A stretch of DNA of 56,999 bases, the filler included, from Dimargaris cristalligena (taxonomy: Eukaryota): assembly GCA_003614675.1 (NCBI GenBank). It is 2 parts of 2 records of this genome, joined end to end, with 100 filler letters (N's around TTAATTAATTAA, not from the genome) between each part and the next. Parts side by side here need not be neighbours in the genome. Positions count along the whole stretch, not along the records: positions 1 to 28,588 come from ML002500.1; positions 28,689 to 56,999 come from ML002501.1. One strand, written 5' to 3'. Under the pieces are notes generated by a model. The model had not been told where the DNA came from, made no database searches, and was given only the letters and a program-made list of their open reading frames with translations. Shown here piece by piece: positions 27,296 to 39,624 of this stretch. The position numbers and the translations under genes were made by a program. The stretch's first letter is position 1. Every line of letters starts with the position of its first letter.

Positions 27296-27804
27296 TGGGG
27301 CGTGGGCGTGGATTGTGGTTGATTCGATTTGGAGTATTACTCGAAATAATCGACTGACCGGCTATAGTGGTCAGTTAGGAGAGCACTTAACCTAATAGTA
27401 AGTCGGAAAATCTTAAAAGGCTAATGTGGATATAGATATGTCGTATTGCATTAATAAACGGTAGATATGGTACGCGAACTGGGATCCCAGAGGTGGTCCA
27501 ATAGGGCTGCGAGAAGTTAGTTAGAACAGAATCGTAAGGCAATCAAAATAAAAATGTGACATTCAGTAGATGAGGCAAGTTAGCACATGATATATAACAA
27601 GATGGATGCAGCAATACAGTAATGATTTTGCTTAGAAAATCAATTAGCGATTTGAAATTTATGAGATAGCCATATGGTTAGGATGTGGCTTACACACACA
27701 CACATATATATATAGTTATTGGCAAATAATTCCGCAAGCAATAATCTAAGTAACGACTGGAATGTCAACACCTACAATGAGTAACATGAGCCAGTACACA
27801 GGCA

Positions 27805-28190
27805 GATGATGCGACGGGTGCTTTATAGATAACGAATAAGAAAAATATCGGCAGGTCGAGTTAACTAATAAAAGGGGGTATGTATTAAACACTAAGTAAC
27901 TAAAGAACCAACTATAGGAATTCACTGGGCTTTATATAGCTGAGTAGACTAACGATAAAGGCGTCGAACAGGCACAGAAGCTATTAGAAAATGCTATTCA
28001 AAGATTTAATGGATGGTGGATAACAATCGAAGAGTATATATAATATATGAATAGAATGGCGGAGATGGCTAAAGGAAAGTAATCCCTTAACGTAGAATTT
28101 CCGTGCATTACTGATGGAACTAGGTGATTATGGTACCTGGTTACCAAAGATACGCCGATTTTAATACGCTTGATTATTATGCACAGTAAA
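27805..28190 (+). repeat. Dispersed repeat, copy B (CpG-retaining paralog of ~375-770)
   Basis: Collinear matches to 375-770 (see copy A). Carries CG where copy A has TG or CA. Confidence 0.8.
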
Positions 28191-28289
28191 TAAAGGATCA
28201 ATATTTGATTGCTGGCAATGGTTATGGTTCTACATGGATCCGGTGCTTGGCTATTGCATACTATATCAAACATCAATTCCACGGATACC

Positions 28290-28588
28290 AATATAATAGT
28301 TGACCAGCGCTTTAGCGCGGTCTACAGGTATTATTCCCGGTGGGAATAATAGGTATAATCCATCTTTATTTTGGTTTTCGAACATAATTTTTTAGTAAAG
28401 TTTTTTCCCAATTGGAAAAAAAAAATGTAATCGATTTGAAAATATAAGGCAAGTATCCTCCCCATTCTGAGGATCCTTACCATCGAGTTCGCAGGAGAAA
28501 ATGCCAAGGGAATGGGAGCGGCGGGTTCTAATTCCCACCGGGAATAATACCTGTAGACCGCGCTAAAGCGCTGGTCAACTATTATATT
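28290..28588. mobile_element. Perfect 58-bp inverted repeat (28290-28347 / 28531-28588) around a 183-bp spacer; MITE- or Helitron-end-like, or an amplification/assembly artefact
   Basis: AATATAATAGTTGACCAGCGCTTTAGCGCGGTCTACAGGTATTATTCCCGGTGGGAAT is the exact reverse complement of 28531-28588. The right arm abuts the gap, so no TSD can be checked. Confidence 0.55.
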
Positions 28589-28688
28589 NNNNNNNNNNNN
28601 NNNNNNNNNNNNNNNNNNNNNNNNNNNNNNNNTTAATTAATTAANNNNNNNNNNNNNNNNNNNNNNNNNNNNNNNNNNNNNNNNNNNN
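28589..28688. other. Artificial 100-bp contig linker (44 N + TTAATTAATTAA + 44 N)
   Basis: Symmetric N runs flank a palindromic 12-mer that has stop codons in all six frames. Confidence 0.95.
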
Positions 28689-28923
28689 GCGGCATGGTGG
28701 GGGGACCTTCGTAACTTTGGGTTTCATGGTACACCGGGTTGGGGTCGAACCGCACCCGTCGGCGGGTTTGGATAGTAAGGTTGTGGGTGGCGTTCAGCAG
28801 CCCGGTGACTTCGTCGCCGCTGTTGTTGGCGGTTTCCCCGGGGTCGGCGGAGTCAGTGGGGTCCGTAGGGCCTACGGGGGCTGCGGGTTGGTTGGCACTG
28901 GTATTGTAATAGCTCGAATACAT
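28689..28923 (-). CDS. 5' fragment of a hypothetical protein truncated by the gap; carries an RVxF motif
   Basis: ATG in GCCATG context after a C/A-rich leader. Translates as MYSSYYNTSANQPAAP...TRRRVRFDPNPVYHETQSY. Confidence 0.55.
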
Positions 28924-31482
28924 GGCGAACGAAACGGGGTGTGTTTGGGTAGATATGTACTGAGGAGTGGGTGTGGTGGAGGTTGGACCTCAGCGAAGAC
29001 AGTAACGCAGAGTCAGTGTTGGGGAGGGAGTATGGGCAAGTGCAGGGCTGGAAGAAAGGGTGACTGAGTGGGGTGTAGGTTGAGGTGAGGTAACAAGCGG
29101 ACTACAGAGACCAGCGGGTGCAATGATAGGGGTACAAATATACAATATAATAGAAGATTAAAAGTAGATAGAAGAGAAAGGAAGGTCGAAGGGGTGAATA
29201 AGCGGTGGTCGAAGGAAATAGTTTGGGGGTATTTCGGCTAAACTAGGCGGTTGAAAATTGGGCAAGGAAGGTACGACGGATAAGGAATAGGATCCGCGGG
29301 GTGGTTAATATATAGCAGTAGAATAGATGGACATGGTACGCCAACGGGACAGTCAAAAGGAGCGATTTAGGCACAAGGTTGCTGAACGGCGCAGTAAAGG
29401 CCCAGGTTTTATACCACTGCCTGACTATGGAGGGAAGGGAGAAAGGAGAGGGGGGAGATGATGTGGTCACGCCCGGCGGGCTCTTCTGCATGGGGAACTT
29501 TCCTGGTCTCTGCAATTAACCATATGGCGGTGTTGTGGAGTGTATTGGTCACAGTTCCCTGACTCCATACATCCCCATTCTTCGGCCATTTTCCATACCA
29601 TGCCATAGCATTCCATGTCCCAAGTGGGTTAAGCGCACGGGAGGGAATTCCACACCTCGAATTTGAGGAACAAAGCCGAACGAACTTGGACGGGAAAGGG
29701 AGTATGGGAGGAGGGTTAATTATGGCGGTACCTAAAATGGGAACGAACGGTCTACCATCCCGTCTATAGCCATATCATCAGGGTATTCCGATGCCCATCT
29801 AACCCTTCCGCTCCTGATTGTCGTATAAAAAATACCCCTCCGATTGAATCCCACATAATCAATGTCCAACGAGCCCCGTTGGTTGACATAGCTCTTAATT
29901 CAAGCCCCCAATTAGGCTACTGAATAATCCAGCCTAGAAGCCCCCATTTTCGTTTTCAAAGCTTAGGTATCTATTTATACCCCCATTCGCTGACTTTCGG
30001 CGCTGGGTATATTATTATAACAAGGGCATACGTATGTATCTATGTATGTGTGCGTGTGTATACGACTGAGGCAATGGGGGTCGCATCTAACTTTATTTAC
30101 ACTGCCAAGTCGATGATTGTGGTCTACCTAACGCCGTGGTGATATATATCTAAATTTAACCCCGGGGCGGCGGCCTCACCCATGAACTCTTTAGCTGGTC
30201 GCCTGCACTAACATCTGCAGATCGTTTGACCCGGAAACGGGTCGCTTGCTGATCCTGACGAGCGTGCTGGTCAGGGATATAAAAAACAGGACGAGGGTAA
30301 ACTGATATAATCCCTAAATTAAATTTTAAAAAATAGTATTTCGGTCTCCCACATATTCACCCCCCCCTCCCACAGTCATCCGTAATGAAGATACTGCTAC
30401 CGAAGGTGCGCTTGATTTACTACTAGTGAGCCCTTTGCTTTTCCTCCTTTCCTGGCTTCACGCTTTAGAGGGGTTTTGCATTGACGTATCCGGCCGAGTG
30501 ACTGAGCGTGCGGGAGACTGGGAATGCAGAAAGTGGTGGCCGGGAACGGGGCCGGTCAGTTGACTTCTAGCCCGGACCCGATATAGCGTTAGTGGGTTAT
30601 GGCTGTATGGGGTGCACCGACTAATATATAGACAGCCTCCCACTCTATTTCGCTCACTCATTAATCCCCCATTGGTAAACTAGAGAGGGGTAGAAGAGGG
30701 ACGCGGTGACCCCCATCTGAGCCAAGCCAAACAATACCCCACCCACCACACACATCTATATTTATTACCACAGGGGCAGCGGGTGCTCCGGTCATTCCGA
30801 GCGTGATAATATCCGCTGCCGTGGTTGGGGGTGCTGGTCGGTCAGGCCATTCTGTCCGTTATACAAGCGAGCAGTAGGGTTTAATGGCATCTGCCCATTC
30901 TGGTCTTTTAATTGCCAAACGCTCAAGTCCTACATTTACCTGCACTAAAAAATCTCGGGGAGGGAGGGGTGATCGGCCAAATCGACTGAAAAAAAGCCGC
31001 TGCCGCTCATCCACCCACATAATCTACACACACACACCCTTGGCCATATTCCTGATCAAAAAAACCCACTGGGCACACCCTGGACCGTCTCGGCAGAGGC
31101 CTTTGGGCAATCATCCCGAGATAAATGATATTAGGTCCATGGCTTCAGGTGGGGTCACCTACCCAATATTACATATTCCCTTGAACCTTAAACCTAAGAA
31201 TAATAAGAAGTAGGAGAAGATAGAGACCCTGGCTCTAAGCATAGTGCAATGGGCCATTCCAGGACTGACAAGCCCATCGTTGAGGCAACGCCCCCTCCTC
31301 ATCCACCACCACAGGCGCAAGCCCGCCGCACCCCATACTTCATCAGCTTAAGCTTGGTAGTACATGTTCTTGTCTTTCTTATCGTTTTCCCCAGTCCTTT
31401 TCCCCCCCTTAGTCGTTTCTGGTCCGCTACTCCCTTTCCCGCCGCCACTCACCTTTCGATCCCAACCTACTCCACCTCCACG

Positions 31483-33648
31483 ATGGCTGCCCCACTGACC
31501 TCCGTCGTACAAAAGGCTCTTAAGAAGCACACTGCCACCGTCATCTTCATCCACGGACTGGGCGACAGTGGTAGCGGCTGGTAAGTAGGAATATCAAATA
31601 GGGGAAGAAAGAGTGAGCCCTCCCTCCCTCCCTCTCTCCCTTCCCTATTCCGCCTATCCACGTGCCAACATGATATTAGACGCTGGCTTCACAAGTGGGT
31701 GAAACGTCACAAAGCCCCCCCCCCCACCTCCATCAAAGGGTTCGTAAAGCCGACCACCCGTATTTTCCACCGAGCGGTTCCCACAGCACTGACTAACTGA
31801 CGTGGACCACTTTGCCGCTTATAATTTTACCCATTTTTGTATCCTTCTTCACCACCGCTAGGGCCCCCGTTGCCCGAGAATTGTCGCAGCACCTTCCCCA
31901 TGTCAAATTCGTGCTACCCAATGCGTAAGTACTTGTTTATTACACGGAGTTCGTTCATTTCTCATCCCGACCTGCTCTAAGTCAGCTGCCCTCCAGTTCA
32001 ACCCGCACCATTTCCTATTGTAATAGGGGGCTCAAAACTACCGGATAGATCAGAGGGCTTGAGAGAGGTGGCGATTAAACTGTCGCTATAGCAATACGCC
32101 ACTATTCAACCGCTGAGTCCTATTCGGGAACATCACCCCACCCTTTTTGTTGCTGATGAGATTATTCACCTAATCAATTAGGGTATTTCGTTGATGCTTG
32201 CGAATGCCTCGGACTTATCACTCACCTGCGCTAATATTTGGGGTATGACGGCCGCTAATTTACTTTGGGCTTTTGGTATGATTATTATTATTTATATATA
32301 TATAAATTCCACACACACACATACACATCGATGGATATGCTCCCCACGCCCAAATGACCCGAATTTACCCTCTACACCCATTTAGCCCCGTGCAGCCGGT
32401 GACGTTGAACAACGGATTCAAGATGCCATCCTGGTAAGTCCCATACCATCGTTAGGGTGTCCCTGCGTACCCAAATGGGGGAGATCTTCATGACTATACA
32501 GGTGACCAATCAGTTGGATACTAGTCAAATCCACCCGCACTTTACCTCTATCCCCGTTCCGTTCTACATTAACTGGTGTGACTGTCTTCTCACCTCTGGA
32601 CACTCCATACTTGGCCCATTCTATTATATTTCCTACTTTCCTCTTTGGTTTATCCCTGCAGGTACGATATCTACACTCTCGGTGACATCAACCGCCGGGA
32701 AGATCAGGAAGGCATGCTGCGGTCCGTGGCCAGCATCAACAAACTGATTTCTGAGGAGGTGGACCAGGACATTCCCTCGGAACGCATCGTCGTTGCTGGG
32801 TTTTCCCAAGGTATTTACTATTCTTATTTTGGAAATTTAATATTAAACCTTAAATCCCCTCTTGATATTCGATAATTCACCGCCCACGAATTGGGCCCTT
32901 TCAAGCCACCCATACGAATTAGCTGGGAACTATATAATACGGATGCTTGAGACCCGATAACCTTCTTTTCCATACCAACCCGCTATAGGAAATGCATGCT
33001 ACATGTAGGCCATTGAATATTAACCCATCCATCTATCTACCACCATACCGTGGTCTACAGGCGCTGCCATGACTCTGCTGACTGGCCTTACCTCGGAGCG
33101 TAAGCTGGCTGGGATGGCTGCCCTCAGCGGCTACCTCCCCCTACGTTCCTTGATTTTTTCGGTAAGTGTCACTTGTCCTATTTACCCATCGTCTAATTGG
33201 AAGATGGCGGCCACCTCCCGTTTCTAAGCTAGTCACACTTGGAGCAACCTTCCCAAATAGCTTTACATTAACCAATAGGCCAAGTTTTCTCTCTAACATT
33301 ATATATCCCATTTTCTTTCTATTACTTTACTTTACTTTACATTCATCACCCATCATCTCTTTTGCTTGTATTCCCGCTCCTCTCGACCAACCCACCTGTT
33401 GCACCAAACCCATGGGTTATAAATAATAGATGGCCAGTGACGTCAGCCGGTCGCTTCCCATTTTTATGGCGCACGGTCAGGAAGACGAGGTGGTGTCGTA
33501 CCATTTTGGACAACAATCAGCGGAGGCCCTTAAACAGAAGAAGTACAACGTCGACTTCCACACCTACCCCAATATGGGCCACTCGTCCTGTCTGGAGGAA
33601 GTCCAAGAGTTGACTCGTTTCTTGGCCCGAGTGTTGCCTGAAAATTAA
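31483..33648 (+). CDS. APT1: Acyl-protein thioesterase 1 / lysophospholipase; exons 31483-31580, 31862-31924, 32386-32433, 32662-32810, 33061-33161, 33430-33648 (possible upstream ATG at 31249)
   Basis: HTATVIFIHGLGDSGSGW, PHVKFVLPNAP..PVTLNNGFKMPSWYDI, RIVVAGFSQGAA (nucleophile), LSGYLP, PIFMAHGQEDEVV and MGHSSC complete the Ser-Asp-His triad. Five GT-AG introns preserve frame. Confidence 0.95.
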
Positions 33649-34458
33649 ACTACACCCCTCCCAACGACATACGCGCCCACAGCGACATATTCGTATGAAT
33701 ATATATAAGCCAGCGTAGCTCTATACATTCATTGGCGTATCTCCGCTTCATCTACATTTGACTGTGGTTTTCTGCTGATGTGCGTCCAGGACCATCTATT
33801 TATCCATTTCCGACACCTGGTTACCCCATTGGGACATTTCACTTGAGGTTAGTTACACCTTTTCCCTTTTTATTCTAACCATGATATTACGTACTGGTCA
33901 CTGGGTTTTCTGGCATTTTCTTCCATCTTTTAGGTTGGCTAATGGACTGGGGCAATATTAAACGGTCCAAATTTTCCAAACATTCATCACTAATTTGTCT
34001 TATTCTAAAGAACGGTATTTGGAAGATAATAGTGTACACTGATGTTTTTCGAAGGGAATTATTGAATTGGGGTTTGGGGGAACTTGGAAAGGTATTTTTG
34101 ATTATCGGTATATCAGATAACCCCAGATGGGCTGGATTGCAACTGATTAAATTCATAATCATACTTTTCACCCTGACAGGCCTTAATGCCAATCCTACGC
34201 GTTGCCCCTTAACAAATCTAAAGTTTTCCTAGGCATAGTTGCTAGACTTACCGATAATTACAGAAGTTTGAACTAAACCACTGAATCCGAATGGATCTAT
34301 TCGCCGGTGGTAATGCCGGATGAATTTTTTTTTTTGATGTGAACCCCACTCGGCCAGTGAAGTGCCATCGTGGGACAGATTCGGACTTGTGAAGTAGGAC
34401 CGAATAATGCCAAGGACGTTGGGAAGACGGCTGTGCGATAACTCCCATAATTGGTGCC

Positions 34459-34486
34459 TCCAAGTCCAAGTCCAAGTCCAAGTCCA
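34459..34486. repeat. (TCCAAG)n hexamer repeat
   Basis: Direct read. Confidence 0.85.
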
Positions 34487-35882
34487 AGCCCAATTCACCT
34501 TAACCAAAAGAGACACTTGCTTAGACCAAATAAAATAGATAAAACGGGATATCGTTACCGACTGGAGGTGGAGATGGGGAAGTACTCCTCAGCCCGGCTG
34601 GTCGGCAGTGTAACTGTGGTTATGGCTATTCGGAGGGCCGGATAAGGCCCGGAGGACGGGATGCACCCGAACGAAGGGGCCGCCCAGCTGTAGTGAGAGA
34701 GCACTCCAGGCCACAATTATTTTTGATGGGGTGGGGCAGCCATGGGCCAATGAGCCCTATCACGGTACAGTGAGCCGAATAATATCGATCTGGAATTGGT
34801 CAGTGATACAAATACCTCGCTATATACTATGCTCCTCTAAAAGTCACTTCACTTCCAGATCAGAGGCCTGAAATGGGACTAGTAAGCTGACCCGAGCCCC
34901 CAGGATACTGATTAAATATATTCTAGGCGAACGTAAAGGTGGGGATTAGGGTGTACCGAGGGACCAATTGGGAGAGCTATCTTGGGTACTGATCCTATAT
35001 TACATGGAGACTATCCCTAGTCATAGATGTTGAGTGAGATGGAAAAGTCCACTGCCCTAGGCGAGCCGAAGTGCGAGGGGCAGTAATGTCAGAAAAGCCT
35101 ACTTCGCAGGCCAATGGTCGGAGAACCCGTTCAGAAGAGTGTGGGGTACACGGGGATCATTATGATTGGGGGGGCGGGCGGGATAGCTTAACACTGCCGC
35201 TGTTACATTGTGCCGACTACAATGTTTTCATATACACCGTTCGAGCACGAATCCCGCCCCACTCTCTGGGGGGAGCGTATTATATAACCCCCGTCCGTTT
35301 CCGTTTACTTGTGTTGGTTGGTTACACTGGTTTTCTTGGCTAAACCTCACTTAACAATGGATTAGGACGTCCTTGTACTCGTACCCTGTCGGGTTTCGAC
35401 TTTTTCCCCCCTCTCCCCAAAACACACACACACACACAGACACAGGCATTCCTTAATACGAAACCTACCTTTTAAACCCTCCTACATTGGCCTAATTATG
35501 TAGTAGAAGAGCGGCCGTTTAGGCTAATTAGATGAAGGTATTTCCAAAGAGGGTGGCGTATAATGGGGTTGGTGCCCTGAATGTTGAAATATAGAAATGC
35601 TTTATATATATTGCATTGGGTTCTGTTGATGAAAGAATAGTACCATTTGCATAAACCCCTCTCCCCGTATCTTAGATAGTCCTATAGTGCTTTCTTGAGT
35701 AATGGTGTCCGTTTTTTTATTTTCAATTTACAGCGATGCCAACCCCTCCCCTAGTCTTGACCATATGCCAATCCCTACGCGGAACCGCTTGCTTAATGTT
35801 GGTGGCGTAACCATCGTGTAACCGACGAAGATTCCATATACACCAGCCCACCGAGACGCTTCATTTTATATTGTTTTATTTC

Positions 35883-35926
<44 letters not shown>
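35883..35926. repeat. (AAT)n microsatellite
   Basis: Direct read. Confidence 0.95.
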
Positions 35927-35928
<2 letters not shown>

Positions 35929-37632
35929 TAGCAATGCGGCTTTCAAGCACCGGTTAGCGGGTATTTGGAGCGAGATTGAAGTATGGCAGGTTGATTTCTC
36001 ATTTCCTATGTCATTGATAACACCACCCACCTCCTCCCGTTGTTTAAATCATAATGTCAACCGAGAACCACCTAATCACCTCATATACCAGCAAAGAAGG
36101 TTCGGGGTAAGGGGTGGCAACTGAACACTTTCATCCCATTTGACTTAATAGGAACATACGGATGGGAAGCGGCATCGAAAAGTTCATACAATCGACATGA
36201 ACTGCGTAAAAACGGGATTTTACTGCTTCGCCCACATTAAATTCTCTAATCTGACGCAGATATTTCCGAAAACCAATAAAACCTTGTATATCCGTAAAAC
36301 CAACCAAGTCAAATGTGACGACATAATACTGTAGGTAAGTGCTATACTGCCCAAGGTGAAAGTGGAGGTGTAGTAGAGAATTTAAGCGTTTGTTTAGCCT
36401 GCATCCTCAGGCATTTAGGATTGCTAGATGAATGGAAGGAACCCCAAGCTACTCAAGTACTACTATTACACCGACCACAAACCGGCCGGTTTGAGGTTTC
36501 TTTCTTTCCGTCCCCCTCCTCCTGACCTCTCATTTCCTTTTCTTATTCTATGATAGCCAACCTCGACTCAATGGCACTCGGGGGCCTAGAAAATCAGCCA
36601 TTGGTTCAGCGAAAATCTTGTGGCATCGTCGAGGGTACACTGGGTTTAGATGGATACCTAAAGCCACCACCACCATATCTCCTTGTTACTCCCCTTCCCC
36701 CAACTCACCAGTCCCCCGTCCTGCCACCCAGCCTTCCGCCGCCCTTGCCTTGTATACCTGACCCCTTCTCCCCCCTTTTACATTACACCCCCTTTGGCCT
36801 CGGGTCCTTTCGTCGCCAATCAATGGTCCACAGTAGAGAGAAGGGTCTATTTAAGCCCCGATGCGTCCACTCCACCTCGGTTGTTCTTTTATTTTTCCCG
36901 TTCGTTTGTTACATATATTAGGTTCATCAATCCAACCCGCGCGTCTTTCCGATTATACTTTACGAGTCCCACTGTCTTTTATAGATTTAATTTTACTACT
37001 TTTCCCCTTGACTGTCAACTCTACTGACTATTCTATTATTCGCCTACTCGTGACCTCTCGCAATAGCCGACTCCAACTATTGCCAAAGTCGTCGGAATTC
37101 CATACATATTCATTCATGGTTTAGACGCCGACTTTTATTTCGCCGCATCCTGTACCCCATACCAAAGGAGTCTTAATAGTCTTGGCTCCTTCGAGTACAA
37201 CCCAACCAAGTTTTTATTGGGTCCTGGGTTAGAATGGGCGGTTGGTACTATTGCTATCCTTCGTTTTCCGCTTAACTCCAAGTAGTTCTTTATATGTTTT
37301 CATCTCAACTAGCGACTGGCTTATTGAAGGATATTCGCACATCATTCTATGCGGTTAATTATCTCGTGCCTTGATCTGGCGACTTTGGCCATTGCATTTT
37401 AGCTTTAGTTAGACAGCTATAGCTGAAATCCGGTTCGTATATCTATATATAGATAGATATATATATAATAATTGTTTATTAGTTACTACTATTTCCGCCA
37501 TATTATCTGGGAATAGTCCATTGTATATGTATCTTTTAACCATTTTCCAACTCTTTTTACACATTAATCACATTTATCATTTCAATTATAGCATCCAATA
37601 GCTTTGATATATAGTGTAGTATCTATTCAACC

Positions 37633-39624
37633 ATGCTAGCATCCGCATCGTCTCAGCCCCGCCTGGGCCACTGTCCCGGTCGGTATCTATGGAAGGTGCT
37701 TTGCTTTTTCCTTATTTTGACTCATTTGGTACCGCACGTTCGGAGTAACAACCAAACCGAACAGCTCAGTATCCATTCCAACGAATTCCGGCAGTATTCC
37801 CTCGAAGGGCAGATGCAGATTTCCCCAGCCATGGGCTTGCTCGTGGGCACGAGTAGCGAGTATGACCACATCGACTGTAGCGGTATCTTTTTGACCCGTC
37901 GGATATTTCTGACCGCGGCGTATTGCGTTACGAACCCCGACGAATCTTCCATTGATCCAAAATTCCTGGTGGTATTGGCCCGGGGCCATCCCCCGCATAA
38001 CCAAGTCACTTCTTTTAAAGTGGCTTCGGTGCTACCCCACCAAAACTATGACCGAAATCTGCAACAGGTAGGTTCAATTCACTCAAGTTTTTATTTATTT
38101 ATTTAGGAAATTATATATTTAGATTATTTTATGACCCGGTCTCTAATGGAGAGTGGAGGCGGGGAAGATGACTACAATGGTCGGCCTACTACTGAAACCT
38201 ACTCTACATTACATTGTATTAATTAGGAATTCAGTAACCGGGTGGACTGTATGAGTTTCCCGTGCAAGAGAAGTATCTCGTCATAAACCACCCAGGGAAT
38301 GGGCGAGTGGGTGGTCCATTCAGAGTGGTTCGGTGGATTGGGGGACATCTGTCACCGCCTGTCTATTCGTCTCCTTCACCGGCTCCCTTCCCCAATTCAT
38401 CTGACCAAGGGCCTACGGATGCCATTTGTTTTGGTTCAGTAGCATTGGGGAGAGGGGGGGGGGGGAGTACCACAGGGGCCTGGATGATTCACACATTATT
38501 GAATTTGAATTTCCCTATTTGTGCAACTGCTTGGTTAGACAACCTTACTCCCATGAGAGGAGGGGTGGGCTTTTTTAATATGGCTAGAGTTGGATACGTC
38601 GGCAATGTGGTCCTGCACCGGTTTCAGAGCCCAGGTGCTACAATGGCTTATCATTATGCGCCTCCTCTTGCTTGAGCGGCCCATGCTGCCTTCTATTTTT
38701 ACGTCTTGTCCAGCAACCGTTGTTTGGTGTCTGCACTGCCCAGTGTGGTGGTACTTTACTCAGCACATGCCCCATTGCGCTCAACATTCCCTATCTGTTC
38801 CCGCTGTATCTCATCCGGTATCGTACCTTATTTTCCACCTCCTAACCCCCCCTCCCCCCTTCTAGAATGATATTGCCATGGTTCGACTCCAGGAACTCTA
38901 CACTGGCCTAAAAAAAGAGAATGTGCCGAAGCTGTACGCCTTTGAGCAAAAGCCCGAAGCCCTCCAAAACCGCGTTCCCACGGAGATTCCCGAGAACGAC
39001 GAGCAGTATTACGACAACCGAGAAGAGGATGAAGTAGCGGAGAGTAACAAACGTTTCCTCATTTCCGACTGGGTGACGGGAGAGGGCCAGGGGGGTGGTG
39101 TCCACCATAGCGACCTGACACCGCCGGCCCCGGCCAACATCTTAGCCCGCCACCGGCAAGTGGTGAATTGCCGGGCCTACCCGCGTTACTTCCAGGATTT
39201 TAAGAAAAACCTCCAACACCGCTCCATTATTTGCGTTAAACCGTCCTCGGAGGACATTCCGTGCGTTGGCAAGGCGGGCTGCCCCTTGTGGATTCGGACC
39301 GGACCTTGGGGGCGGGAACTCAAACTGGCCGGGTTTAAAAGTTTCTCCTACACCCGTGACGGTATTACGGTTCACGATTGCTCCATTAAGAGTCTGATCA
39401 ATGTGTACACCCGGTTGGATAATTTCATGGCCTGGATTCGTGTCAATAGTAAACTGAGCGACGAACACTTGATTTCCGGGACCCGGAGTTTCACCGAATC
39501 GGACTTCACTACTTCCGTGTCGGCCCCGACAATATCCGGCTTTTGGCCTACGTTTTGGCGATCAGTGGTTGGACCCGTTGTCATTTGTACGTTAATTATT
39601 TTCACCAACCCTACTCTATTATAA
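37633..39624 (+). CDS. Secreted/anchored trypsin-fold (S1) serine protease homolog, catalytically inactive; exons 37633-38067, 38866-39624
   Basis: Signal peptide (LWKVLCFFLILTHLVPHVRS), CSGIFLTRRIFLTAAYCV, PHQNYD..NDIAMVRL, PCVGKAGCPLW, LAGFKSF, VYTRLDNFMAWI and a hydrophobic C-terminal tail. 798-bp phase-0 intron. Confidence 0.85.

Noticed and set aside
30225-30275. Possible hammerhead ribozyme (GAAAC..GTC and CTGACGA present)
   Set aside because: Stems I and II cannot form in the required register, and the base before GAAA is G rather than the C needed to pair after CUGANGA.
33887-34516. AT-rich ORFs downstream of APT1
   Set aside because: Mostly non-ATG starts, no motifs, overlapping on both strands, and one is produced by a hexamer repeat.
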